A stretch of 64,000 bases of DNA from Callorhinchus milii (Eukaryota): positions 124,250,001 to 124,314,000 of the forward strand of contig NW_024704742.1 in assembly GCF_018977255.1 (NCBI RefSeq). Reading direction: 5' to 3'. Positions within the stretch are counted from its first letter, which is position 1; each line of letters opens with the position of its first letter. The translations under genes were made by a program, and so were the position numbers. Shown here one piece after another: positions 1 through 13,080 of the stretch. The notes under the pieces are model-generated. The model did not search any database and had not been told where the DNA came from. It saw nothing but the letters and a program-made list of their open reading frames with translations.

Positions 1-279
1 TGGAATTTTCTAGGATATGTGTACACCTCCCCTGAAGTACAGTGAGCACAGTTATAATGCACTCTTTAGGATCCCTAAAGAACCAACCTTTAGCGAGGCA
101 TGATATACATGCACACAACCAACCAATTCACTCCTTGCCTGCAAAATTATTTGTACACTAAAATAAAAATTGGCTTTTTCCAAAGACATTTCCTGTATGT
201 TGTGCGAAACAAGAATTGACTGAGGCAACCTGATGACCAAAAGTAGTGTTTTTTTTAATGTATGAAGCAAAAAGGGCTA

Positions 280-425
280 ACTTCTTGGTCAGTGGATCAT
301 GATCAGTGTCACTTCCTGCTTTGCGCATGCTCAGCAAAGTAAAAAGTGACATTGATGGTGACTAAATGACGGGAAGTCTGTCGTTTTATCAAGAAAAGCT
401 GTCTCGTGTGCGGGAAATGAGCAGT
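280..425. repeat. Palindromic element, copy 1 (hairpin 280-377)
   Basis: Arms atcagtgtcacttcctgctttgc / gcaaagtaaaaagtgacattgat around a 9-nt loop. Aligns collinearly with 54240-54370. Confidence 0.6.
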
Positions 426-1039
426 TGGCAGTGTGATTGCAAAATGAAAGGGGTCCATAGTGAAACCGGATGGTGAACAGATTTGCAGATTTGTACTGCA
501 GTGAAGAGAGCAATATCTTGGTTGCGTTGAATTTGTGTTCTGCTGCATCAGTGCTGAAAAGAAAATACACATTGACTGAGTCTTTGAATGTTTGACTACT
601 GGAATTGTTGTGATTGGATTTGTTGTGCATTGGATTCGGAACAATTGTATGTTTAAGGGTTGAAGTTTTAGTGCTCTGGGCACTCAACTGTTTCCTGGAA
701 GTGATATCAATGGACAAAGAGAATTTGTTTTTAATTTGGTATGAAATATTTAAAATGCTGGCCTCAGTTTGTAAAATTTACATTTTGACAAAACAATGCT
801 GCTTGTTTCGGTGAAGCTTGGTGTAATATTTCAGTACTTAATCTATGAATGAAATGTGATTTCCTGAAGTAAGGCTTTGAACTGTTTCGAATTACATGTA
901 GTGGGTGAGAATGGATAAAAATAACTGATTATGTAATACAAATAGCTACTTTATTTCTGCTGAGATTAGAGATTAGGACTTTCTTTAAAAAAAAGTAACA
1001 GTATTACATAATTTCAGGTTCACAAGTATAATCCACAAA

Positions 1040-1320
1040 ATCAAAGCCCCTTAAATGGCCATGAAGTGAATAACAAAACTTTTATATGGGGGATTGTTGG
1101 CTCGGACACCAGGAAATCTCCCTTCTCTTTTCAAATAATGCCATGGGATCCCTTTTGTCCACTTGAACAGATTTCAGTTTAACATCTCTTTTCATTGCAA
1201 CTCTCTTCCAGCACTGGATTGGAAAGTCATCCTAGTCTATGAGCTCAAAGTTCTGACATGGAGTTTGATCCCAGAACCTTTGGATTTAGAAACAAGATTG
1301 CTACTAACTAAACCATGACA
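1040..1320 (-). mobile_element. Old Deu-domain SINE remnant
   Basis: Degenerate reverse match to the 45231-45640 element (ggattgttggc..ggacaccagg, ccatgggatc). Confidence 0.5.
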
Positions 1321-1399
1321 CCTAAACACCTTTATATCACTATCTGTCCTTCGGCATCCTTCTCATGAGCTCAACAATATCAACTGCTGATTTTTAAAA

Positions 1400-1786
1400 T
1401 GTTAGAGCTGGTTTCTGATTAAGGTTTTTTTAGGAATAAAGGGATTAGATAGGGAAGATGCAGAGAAACTATTTCCTCTGGTAGGGGAATCCAGAACAAG
1501 GGGGTATAATCTTAAAATTAGAGCTAAACCATTCAGGAGTGAAATTAGGAGGCAGTTTTTCACCCAAAGGATAGTGGAAATCTGCAACTCCCCCAAAAGG
1601 CGGTGGATGCTTGATCCATTCACATCTTCAAGACTGAGGTGGATAGCTATTTGTTTGGTCAGGGTATAAAGGGTTACGGGTTAAGGGTGGGTAATTGGAC
1701 TTGAGGTATAGATCAGCCATGATCTTATACAATGGCGGAACAGGCTCAAGGGGTTGAATGGCCTATTCCTGTTTCTATGTTCTATG
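1400..1786 (+). mobile_element. CR1 LINE 3' fragment
   Basis: Encodes AEKLFPLVGESRTRGYNLKIRAKPFRSEIRRQFFTQRIVEI (CR1 ORF2 C-terminus). Ends gaatggcctattcctgtttctatgttctatg. Confidence 0.9.
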
Positions 1787-3084
1787 AGCCAAACTCTTCA
1801 CCCATTTGGTCTACAGCTGTGTTCATTGAACTGGCGGATCCATTTCCTGAAAATTGTCCGTGGAACAGGTCTTCAGCGAGAATCCTATTTGCTCTTCCCA
1901 TTTGCCCCCCCCTCCACCCCCCTCGTGCACTTTTGCATCTGTAATTCAAGAGCGAAGTGGACAGGCATATTAAAGTGAGGGACTTGAAGGAGTATCGGAA
2001 CAAGGTCGAACAGTGGTACTGAAATGATTTCCTCGCTCTGTGAGCTGGTGCTGACATGATGGACTGAATGGCCTTCTGCTCTGTAGATTTCTATCTTTGT
2101 AATAGTGCTGTATAAGTTCAGCAATGTACAGTAAAAGATTGTTGGGAAAAGAAAAGTACATTTAGGTTTTCTTTTGATTGTTGAAATGATTTTCATACCT
2201 TACCTGCCTAAACCTGCAGTTCTACATTTCACCAAATAAAGAATTGCTGGAATACCTTCTTGAATGGTTCACCTACATCAGTATTTCAGCTTTAATTGGT
2301 AGTTGTTTCATAATAAGCCAGTAATTTATAAAGCGACAAACCTGTTCCTTAAGTTTTTACCTGTGGATTTTAAAGTTAATAATTTCCTGTTTCTAGTTCT
2401 CTCCTGTTTTGTTGCAAATATATAACGCGTCTTTTTTGACCTTGCATTTTTTTTAAAAAAAGGAGCGTTGTTCTCCAAACCTTTGAGAAAATATACTGTG
2501 CTTAGATTCTTTAGGCGTTCCTTAGTCATGATTACCAATTGCTTTTGAGAATAATTGAATAATTGTACACCTAAAGATTAAGTTTAGCTTTGACTCCATG
2601 GTAACCAATCTATATGAGATACAAGAATTAAGACTGCCATCTTAGACTGTGAGTCATAGACAAGAACACTCTTCTCCTCCGATACTGGAAAACCTGTGAT
2701 CATGTATAGTACGAGATTGAGATTTTAATTTGGGCCTGCCTGATATGATAATTGTAGATAATGGTAGAGATTTCTTTAATCACTCTTATCTATCCTTAAT
2801 CCAATAGATATCTATTTACTACAGTGTTGACCGCTTCTGTTGCTTGTAAATGTTTGTTTGAAATGCTTTTTGTTCATTCTGCCTTTCCTATTTATGCGAG
2901 GTGGCAGCCTAGCTCAGTTGGTAGCATGCTTTGAGTCATGTTTTTGATTCAGGTTAGACATTGGGAGTTTAATCTCTGTCTATGCTGGCAGTCTTTAATA
3001 ATCCTTGATCCTTACATTTGATATAATTACTTTCACATCAGGAATACGTCTCAAAGCATTTTACAGGATTTACTTTAATAATAA

Positions 3085-3530
3085 TAATCCTTGCATTGAT
3101 ATATTGCCAGATCACATCATTGAAACATCTCAAAGTACTTCACAGGATATACTGTAAAGTGGATTGACTGTGTATTTTGTGGGCAAAAAGTCAAGTGTAG
3201 TTACTGTATGTTTTGTAGGTGGACTTGACATTCAGTATTGTGCAGAGCAATGTACCACAAACAGCCATGAACTAAATGACCAATTTTATCTGGGGGATAT
3301 TTATCTGTTAGTCAGGACACTAAGAGAAACTCTTGGTTCGAATATTGCGGTAAGACCTTTAATATCCACTTAAACGAACAGACAGAAGCTCGGTTTACCT
3401 TGTCTCATCCAAACGTTGGCACCTTCAATGCAGCACACCCTTAGGTATGCATTACAGTGTCAGCCCCAGACTATATGAGTTCAAAGAGCCAATGTGGGGT
3501 TTGAACTCACAGCTTATGACATGAATCTGA
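3085..3530 (-). mobile_element. Old Deu-domain SINE / SINE tail remnants
   Basis: Reverse tail aatccttgcattgatat and reverse Deu core cacaaacagccatga. Confidence 0.6.
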
Positions 3531-4178
3531 GAACAGCTCAGGGTGGCTCTCCTTTACCTGGAAATTGTACATTACAAAACCACGCACAAAATTGACTGCT
3601 ATGTTCGCTTAAACAAAAAGTTATGCTTTACAGTAAATCTTGTTAAATGCTTTGAGGCGTCTTGCTGATGTTAAATGTGCTACATCAAATGAAAGGATTA
3701 TTATTAGTGGGATTCGACTGTTACATATTGCATATAATTACAACAGTGGGAAAATATAGCAGGTGCTAATGTGTTCTTAAAAATGATTAATATTCACTTT
3801 AATGAGACAATAACTGAAAACATTTTCGCAGACTAATGTTTGGAAAAAGTTGGTGTAAACAAAAGTTGGTATATGTTCAGAATTTGTTTTGCACCACTAC
3901 TAAATTTCTTAAGCAAAGAGAGCAGGCAGATCTGCTTTTGTGAGGATTAGGAAGCATAACGAGTGTTTGAGGATAATTCATTTGTAGATTTGAGTACAAT
4001 GTTTAAATTTATATTGTGTCGAATAAAAGTATTTTAACTGCTTAGTAGTTGAATCATTTTCCCCTTATCTAAAATCTCTAATATTTATATTATATGTACA
4101 AATCCTACTACATTCCGACGTGAAATCCGACGTGAAAAGCGCTATATCAAATGCAAGGATTATTATTATTATTACATT

Positions 4179-4532
4179 GTGGAGTCCTGTAATGTATTGG
4201 TACAACATTCGCCTCGCAAGCAAGAGGACTTGGTTCGATTCCTGGTCAGGGCGAAACATTAGGCGAGTTTCCTTACTCCACAATCCTTTGTTTACCCAGC
4301 AGTAAGTAGGAACCTGGTTGTTTGTCGACTGGCAGATCGCTTTTCCGAGAGTAGGAATCCCTTCCAAAATAATAATAATAATAATAATTTGGACATTCAA
4401 TCCACGACTGTTTGTGGGACGTTGCTGTGCGCAATTGGTTGCTTCCACTTTATAGTATATTTTGTGAGGCACTTTGAGACTTCTCTGGAGATGTGATAAG
4501 GTGCTATATCAATTGCAAGAATTATTATTATT
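4179..4532 (+). mobile_element. tRNA-derived Deu-domain SINE (long variant)
   Basis: gtggagtcctgta head, B-box ggttcgattcc, core gtttgtgggacgttgctgtgcgcaattgg, (att)n tail. attacatt occurs on both sides as a possible TSD. Confidence 0.88.
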
Positions 4533-5058
4533 ACATTCTAATTGTATTCTACATGTTGAAAGGACCATAAAATTCATTATCATGAATCTATAGTGAGCTG
4601 TAAAAATGTTAATTACTCCAGCTCCAATAATTTTCTCACTAGAACTAGAATTCTTATTTTTTAAGCTTCCTGGCAGATACACATTTCCTGTTTTTTTACA
4701 CAGTATTGTTTATCACGTTTCATGGAACTAGTGATTCTCACTCTCATAACGTGTGACTATTTTTAAACTGCTTGAGTGTTTGCCAAAGCAGATGATACAA
4801 TAAATCTTTTAAACACCCCGTGTGCTTTAAACTACAGTAATTAATCATTTTGTTAACCTTTAACCATGGCTGAGTATACACAACATTCTTGAATCTAACA
4901 GCTAGTTTTGGTATTTGAAATTTGACTGAATATGTCACTGAGGGGTAACAAATTGTACCTATATAAATCCTATATCGTAGATGTCAGTGACTTAAGCTGA
5001 TAAATTTGAAAGAGTGAATAAATCTAGTGATAAGTCAACGTTTGAGAGAGGGTTTTGT

Positions 5059-5795
5059 AACAACAACTTGCATTTGTATAGCGCCCTCCACGCTGGGCGG
5101 CGTCTCAGAGCACTTAACAATGGCCAAGGCCAAGCCAGAGGAGAGGGAAGGTAACCGAAGGCACGGTTGAAGAGAAGGTCTTTGGGCGAGACCTGAAGAT
5201 GGGGAAGGAGGGGGCGAAGGAGTGAGTTCCAAAGTTTCAGGACGTAATAGCTGAAGGCACGGCCACCGATGGTGGAGTGGAGGATTTGGGGGATGCGGAG
5301 GAGGCTGGACCCAGTAGAGCAGAGACAGCGGGTATTGCTGTGGGGAGAGAGGAGGTTAGAGAGGTATGGGGGTGCCAAGGAATGGAGGAATTTCAACACT
5401 AAAGTGAGGATCTTGAAGTCTATCTGCTCTGTGACATGGATCCAGTGGTGTTTGGCAAGGACTGAAGTAATCGGGGTACAAAGTTTGGTGCAGGTGAGAA
5501 TGAGCTGAATCTTGTGAATAGTGGAGGAGGGGAGACTGGTGACGAGAGCGTTAGAGCAGTCCAGCCGAGAGGTGACAAAGGCATGGACAAGGGTTTTGGC
5601 AGCTTTTGAGGTAAGATATTGTCGGAGACGGGCAATGTGGCAGAGGTGGAAGAAAGCGGTGCTGGTCAGGGACCAGATGTGGGGGAGGAAGGATAACTGG
5701 GGATCGAACCCGACGCCTAAGTTGCGCACGGGTTCAGAGAGTTTTAAGGACCGGTCGGGTAGGTTGAGGAGGTCGGAACCATGGGACAGAAGACG
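5059..5795 (-). mobile_element. L2 LINE 3' fragment (subfamily A)
   Basis: ORF 4992..5729 contains [37 protein letters not shown]; (ttg)n tail at 5059. Confidence 0.93.
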
Positions 5796-6144
5796 TTGTA
5801 ATGTACTATTTCCAGGTAAAGGAGAGTCATCCTGAGCTGTTCTCTTTCTGACAATTCACTGAATAGTAGTCTAGTTCTAAACAAGTTGGTAAAATGAAAC
5901 ATTGTCTGTGACCATAGATGTGTTCATACAAACTTCCCCTCTGTTCAATATTCCGAGAAGCAACCCCGCTTGCATGGCACTATATAAATGTGAGTTGTTG
6001 TGGTGCTTGTGGTTGCAGTTGTGGTTATGATTGTTGTGGCTATTGTGGTGGTTGGCTTTCCTAGAGTAATTAGCAAATTTCCTCTCTAATAACAATTAAA
6101 TGTAATAATAATTATTATTATTCTTGCATTTGATATAGCGCTTT

Positions 6145-6345
6145 ATAGCTCCCTCTGCTCAGCGGGCTCCAGCCTGTTTCATGTCCCCCGCCCCGCCTGC
6201 CCCACCATTGGCGGGCACCTTCAGCCTTTCTGCCCACACTCTCTGGAACTCTATCCTGCAGTCCCTCCGCCTCACTCCCCTCCCTTGCCTCCTTCAAGAC
6301 CCATCTCAAGACCTCTTTGACCGTGCCTTCAATTACTCTACCCCT
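6145..6345 (+). mobile_element. L2 3' fragment (subfamily B-like)
   Basis: Similar to 25300-25490 (ctctggaactc..cctccttcaag..tttgaccgtgccttc). Confidence 0.75.
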
Positions 6346-6569
6346 TCTCTTCTATGACCGGAGGTAGGAGAGCGCGGAGCGGAGCCGAGGCCTGGCTGTG
6401 TATAAAAGCACAGCCAGGTGAGGAGCCACTCAATCGGGAGCGGAGGTAGGAGAGCGCAGGGGGGGAAGGGGTGTGGGGGGGAAGTGACGGGGGGGCACGA
6501 TTCACAAAGTGACGTCGGCGTGACGTCATAGTTAAAAAAAAATCTTTGTTTTTTAAAACCCAACAACAA

Positions 6570-9500
6570 TGGCCTGGCCCCGGCCACGGCCATCCCGGCC
6601 ATGATCTGGGAGGCTGAGCCTGAGGGCTGAAGCCGTCCCGCTGATCGCTCGCTCCCGGTCTCCGCGTGCGTGTTTTGGCTGCCGCCCCGACCCAAGCCTC
6701 CCCCTCCACTCTAATTGTCTCTCCTCCCACACCCCTCTATCCGCTACTCCCCCTCTGTCCTTCTCTCTCACCGCCCTCCCCGCCTTCTCTCTCTCCTCGA
6801 CTCTGTCACCACTTCCCTCTCCTCCAGCCTGGGCATCCTCTGCCGGCCCATCATGGCTCCTGGCACTGGCTGTCCCAGAGCAGAAACCCCACATGTCTCA
6901 TCATTCACTCCCTCCGCTCACACCGCCTCCTTAAGGCAAACCCAACTTCCCCCTCATACGTACCCTCCCCAACTCTCCACTCACATCACTCTCCACAATC
7001 ATCTCTCCTGTACAACCCAAAATCCTCTCCGCACCACTCTCCCCTCCCCCCCTCCAGCAAACCCACCCGCATTTCCCTCCAAAATGTCCGTTCCCTCTCA
7101 AACAAAGCCCTCACCATCCACAACCTCTTCCTGGATGAGCACCTTGACATTCTCGGGTTCATCGAAACCTGGCTCTCCTCCAATGACCCCGTCCCCCTAG
7201 TGGAAGCCTCCCCTCCAAGCTACATCTTCCACCACACCCCCCATCCAAACCAACGTGGCAGCGGGGTGGCCTTCATTTTCAAAACCTGCCTTGGTCTTAT
7301 CCCCTACTCCTCTGGCTGTTTCCCCTCTTTTGAGCACCTCATCCTCTTCCACCTCTCCCTCCCATTGAAAATCCTCCTTGTCTACCGCCCCCCTAAGCCC
7401 CCCGGCTCCTTCCACACAGACATCTCTACTCTCCTGTCTTCCCTGTCCCTCTGCTCCGAGCGCCTGCACATAATGGGTGATTTCAACCTCCACCTAAACT
7501 CCCCCTGCACCACTTCTGCCGACTTCACTGAACTCTCCCTAAACCTCACCCTTCACATGAACTCACCTGCCCACAACCGTGGTCATGCCCTTGAACTCGT
7601 TATCACCCACGGCCTTGACATTTCTGATCTCAGCATTGTGGACAAGGCCATCTCGGACTACTTCCTCATCTCCTCCTCTCACATCCCTCTCTCCTCCACC
7701 AAGCCCTCAACCATCCTCTACCACCCTTGGAAAAGGCTACCCCCTGAGACCCTCACAGAGGCCCTCATCAAACATCCTATCCCTCTGGCCTTCCACCCAC
7801 AGAGATCCTGAAGCAGCCGTCCAGCTGCTCTATGATCGCCTCTCCTCCACCTTCAACTCCCTCGTCCCCCTGAAATCCAGGACCATCTCCAATCCCGCCC
7901 GATCTCCCTGGTACAACAACCATCTCCGCTCCCTAAAAACCCAAACCCGGCTGCCTGAGCGCAGATGGCGGAAAACTGGCCTGACAGTCCACCGCCAGCT
8001 GTGGCTCGAACATCTCCACAGCTACTGTCGTTCCTTGACACGCGCAAAAACGGCCTTTTACTCCAACATCATCTTGGAGGCTAAACACAACCCGAAAGTC
8101 CTTTTTTCCACCACCTACTATCTCCTGCATGCCTCCCCTCTGGCCTCCTCAATCTTCATATCCAATGCCAAGTGCGAGGAGGTCATGGACTTCTTCTCAT
8201 CTAAAATTCACAAAATCCGCCAGGCAGCCTCATCCACCTGCCTCTTGTCACCCACCGCCACGCTTTCTCTGTCCCCCTCACCATCATCTGTTCCTACCAC
8301 CACCCCCATCCTACATTCCTTCCTCCCCATCTCTCCTCTCACTCACCCACCATCACCTCCATGAAACCTACCATCTGCTGCCTTGAACCCCTCCCCACCA
8401 ACTTGCTGGTCACCCAGCTTCCCCTCCTCTGCCCACTACTGGCTGACGTCATCAACCAGTCCCTCTCCTCCGGATCAGTCCCTGCCCCCCTCAAAACTGC
8501 TGTCATCACCCCCCTCCTCAAAAAACCTTCCCTAGATCTCTCAAACCCCACCTGCTACCACCCCATTTCTAACCTGCCCTTCCTCGCTAAAGTCTTAGAA
8601 TGCGTTGTTGCCAATCAACTTCGCGCAAACCTCCTCCCACTCCCTCTTCGAACCCCTCCAGTCCGGTTTCCGCCCTGCGCACAGTACAGAGACTCCGCTT
8701 GTGAAAATCACAGATGACACCCTCTCTATCTGTGACCAGGGTTCACTCTGCCTCCTTGTCCTCCTGGACCTCTCTGCAGCATTTGACACAATCGACCATG
8801 CCATCCTCCTCCACCGCCTTTCCTCTGTCATCCACCTCAGTTGGACCGCACTCGCCTGGTTCGAGTCCTACCTCACAAACCGCCAGCAGTACATCTGCAC
8901 AAATGGCTTCTCCTCCCGCTCTCACCCGGTTACCTGCGGGTACCCCAAGGATCCATTCTTGGCTCCCTCCTCCTTCTGATCTACATGCTCCCTCTTGGGT
9001 ATGTCATCCGCAGACATGGGGTACATTTCCACATGTATGCAGATGACACCCAACTCTGTTTTTCTACCTCTCTTTGCGACCCCCAGTCCCCTGATGTTCT
9101 GTCAGCCTGCCTGTCAGACCTCAGGGGCTGGATGAGCGCAAATTTCCTTCAACTGAACATCGACAAGATGGAAGCCATACTCTTTGGCTCTCATCAGCTT
9201 CTCAAATCCCATGGCTCTCACCTCCTCCACCTATCCGACTTCCCGTAAAACTCTCCGAACCTGTACGCCACCTTGGCGTCTGGTTCGAGCCCCAATTGTC
9301 CTTCCTCCCCCACATCCGGTCCCTCACCAGCACCGCCTTCTTCCATCTGCGACGCATCGCCCGTCTCCGCCAATACCTCTTTCCGAAAGCCGCTGAAACC
9401 CTAGTCCATGCCTTTGTCACCTCTCGGCTGGACTACTGTAACGCCCTCCTCGCCAGACTCCCATCCACCACCATCCATAAAATCCAAATCATCCAAAACT

Positions 9501-9955
9501 CTGCATTCTCACTCGCATCAAACTCCGCTCCCCGATCACCCCAGTCCTTGCCAGACTGCACTGGCTGCCTATCCCAGAGAGGATCGATTTCAAGATTCTC
9601 ACCGTTGTATTCAAATCTCTACTCCTCTGAACCCCCCTATCTCTCTGCCCTCCTCTCTCCTCAAAACAGTGCCCGTTGCCTTCGTGCCTCCGGGTCTGGC
9701 CTCCTCCTTGTCCCCCGAGTCCTCCGCTCCACCCTCGGAGGTCGTGCCTTCAGCCACTATGCCCCGAGGCTCTGGAATTCACTCCCTTTGCCTCGCTCCC
9801 TCTCTTCCTCTTTTCAGGTCCTTTCTTTTTGACCGCGCCTTTGATCACCTTCCTCCCGTTCCCCCTGGCTCGGCGCCGGGATTCGTTACTGTGAAGCGCT
9901 CTGAGACGCCGTCCGGCGTGGAGGGCGCTATATAAATTCAAGTTGTTGTTGTTGA
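6570..9955 (+). mobile_element. Near-full-length decayed L2 LINE (APE endonuclease + RT), subfamily A
   Basis: APE motifs LQNVRSLSNK, IETWL, VYRPP, MGDFNLH. RT motifs [40 protein letters not shown]. Split across several frames by frameshifts. 3' stem-loop and (gtt)n tail. Confidence 0.96.
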
Positions 9956-12900
9956 ATGAGTTGTACAAGCAGTAAGCAACTTTATTTTCCCTAAAGGAAG
10001 CTAAAATGTTAATGTACTGCATGATTTTATGTTGTCGAGGAAATAACTTCAGAAATTACTCCAAATAATATTCACTCTAGTTTATTTGTTAGTGAAATAA
10101 ATACTCATTTTAAAAGCAGCTTTGCATTCTAAAAATACAGTGGTTTGAGTTCACTGAAGAGTTAGTTAATGAAAACCTAAAATAAAAATATTTAAAATTA
10201 TACTTTGGAAGCTGTCCCACGGTATCATTTAACAGGATGTGAACAGGAGGAGTAAACTCCCTCCACATGTGTCCCAAGTGGCTTACAGTCAAACGCAGTG
10301 AATGTAAAGAATGGAACCATGAACTTTTCAGTCAGATTAACAGGATGCAGTTGTAAACAATCTTTGTTTAAATCCTGCAGTAGAAGATTTTGGCAGTGAG
10401 CTTCCAAAATATATTTTCAAAAGCTGTTTCCTTTTCAAAGCAGCTTTGCTCAATATAATTTCCTTAAGATGAGTGAAAAGGCCATGCTTTAATTAGCAGG
10501 AGTGGCAGCGATTTTTTAAAAAAAAATTCTGGTGCATTGTCAAGAACATTGCAGCATTTAGTTATTGTCAGTAAATTTTATGAAATGCCCTATGTATCTG
10601 GGGTGTTTTTTTTCTTAGGAAATTTTATGAAACTTTTACAATAATCAATTTGTCTTTTTCCACAATATCTTGCTCTCCGTTCCACTATAAATGTAACCAT
10701 TTGCCACTGCTTCTGTATTGTCTTCCCTACCTGATTTCTATTGACATTAGCCTCAGTTTTCATAACTTCGGAGCGAGGTAGGTCGATCGTGTAATTATGG
10801 TTTGTCCCTAAAATACATTATTTTTTCTAATTTTCCCATGTTTTAGAATCTACTGCTATTTTTCAGAGGACATGTGGAACTCTGCCATGTTTGGATACTC
10901 TTAAACATGATGATTGGTTTCCGCATCTAACGGACACCTGGTTGACCCCCAAAAAATAGCGACAAGATATTAATTCTTGTAAAGGCCATTTTGCATTCAA
11001 TGCTGCACTGAGGTAAAGTGCACAGAGGTTCATTTTGTTTATTGTGCAATAATACTGTACAGTACCTCTAACAATGCTGCCTTGTGCATTAGGCTTGGGT
11101 AAATATTTTCTGTGTGTAGGAATGTGGTTGGTATGTTGATAAATAAATAAAGAGCATAAATTTAAGATAATTACAAAGGGAGAGATTAGGAGGTTTTTTT
11201 ACACAGGATTATTAGGTCCCAAAAATGGTGGTTGAAGTGGAACCCATAGTCATGTTTAAAAGGGAATCAGAAAAATATTTAAAAAGGAAAAATATAAATC
11301 TGTTTTGGGGCAAAGGTGGTGAAATGGAACTAAGTGGATAAACTCTTTCAAGAGATGCATCGCATACTTGGTAGTGTCCTAATATACATACTTGCCAGTT
11401 TACGCATGAGGATCTTGTTCATTGATGTGAATTTATGCTTGCGCTTCATTCAAGTTTTGCAACATTCCTACAATGTGCACAGGAAAGTACGAAAGCCAAT
11501 CAAGCTATATAAAGATAGCTATACAAGATTATCTAAGCTTTTCCTACAGTCACTACAATTCCCAGTAAATCCTGTGAAGCGATGTAAGAAATCCGCCCAA
11601 TGTGAAAGAAACTATTACCAACGCAGGGGTGCTAAAAGCAATTGGAGCAAATCAGGTGATCCAGCTCAGACCAAGTTTTGAACCTGTGACCTGCACTAAA
11701 CCTTGGGCCTTTACTCACTTAGCCTTACAGGGCGTACTGCTGAATTTGCTGCAGTGAGACAGAAGCGTAATGTTGACTGTGATCTAAACTTGTCTGACAG
11801 AAAAGAGTTGTCTTAGCTTGGTTGGCAAAAAAAATAAGCTACCATTTTGCTTCCTTCTTCCTCTATTACCCACAAAAGCCAGCTCTGAATCATATTCTGG
11901 TGGAAAGGCATAAACAATTTTCCCATTTACTTTTCGACTTGGACGCATGTTAGAGCTGATTCACTTCAACCCATCTGGTATTTTAACTCCTGCACACTAT
12001 TTAACTTAGGAAATTCATTCTTCCTAAATGCTGTAATTTTTGTAGGTGTTTCAGTACTTTCAAATTTGTTTTACCTTCAATTAAACTAGTATTAAATTGG
12101 TAAAGAACTGGTTAGCTGTTGGAATTTTTTTTTTAGTAATTGCAGCTTTTATCTTTATCTTAACTACAAACCTGACTGGATCGATTTATTTTTGGATCAA
12201 AATGCTAATTTATTTAATGCATCAAGCCATTAAAGCTTCATTTCTCAGCTAATGTGCTTCAAGCACTAATATTTTTCTCCGCCGCTATGGGCAGAGCCCA
12301 TGTAACCCAGGCCAAGCAGACCTAAGACGACTCTTTTCATTAGATTGTTTAGTATTCTGTTTAAAATCTGCGTTCAAAACTGTTCAATAGAGAATCCGAA
12401 CAATCACTAGATTCATTACAAGTACAGTACCGCACTAAGCCCAATTATTTAGCTTAGGTTCCAGTCAAATGAGAAAACAATTTGTGACCAATAGTTGATA
12501 TTTTGCCCCCAGTCCATTTGTTTTATTTTTCTTAACTGTAGCAAGTGGCTTTCACTACACCAGCATGTCTGAGAGCTTTGTAACCTTGAAAACCACCAAT
12601 ATTTAACTTGGGCTGTGTACTGTGTAACCAGTTTAGTTAACTTTAAACAACTCGTAGGAAGTTCTTCCTTTTTTTTACTCGTCCAGCAATGTTTAATCCT
12701 CTCTCGTTTAAGGTTTCAGTTCAATAAATCAACACGTTCGAGGTCAAGTCTGCATGGTACCACAGCTTGCTAGAGCAATACTGTTGTGGGTGCTGAGTTC
12801 TTGATCTTCACTTTCCTGCTGTAGAGCAGCAAGCACCAAGAGGAAACCAGGTGCTACTGGGGCAGAAAGTGAATCAAGCCGAGAGGCTTCCTAGCCAAAC

Positions 12901-13080
12901 CTATAAACTGCCTGATTAGTGTATGCATACACTATGCAGCATATCCTGTGAAGCGCTTTGAGACGTCTCAATGACGAGATAAGGCACTATATCAATAATA
13001 ATAATGATGATAATAATAATCCTTTATTTTATATAGCGTCTTATTATGTGCTTGAGACATCTCAAAGCGCTTTATAGAAT

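Noticed and set aside
309..717. Overlapping 124- and 128-aa minus-strand ORFs and other short ORFs in the track
   Set aside because: No recognisable domains or splice context; consistent with chance or antisense TE frames.
5990..6056. His/Asn-rich ORF 5877..6095
   Set aside because: Translation of a degenerate (GTTGTG)n L2-tail microsatellite.
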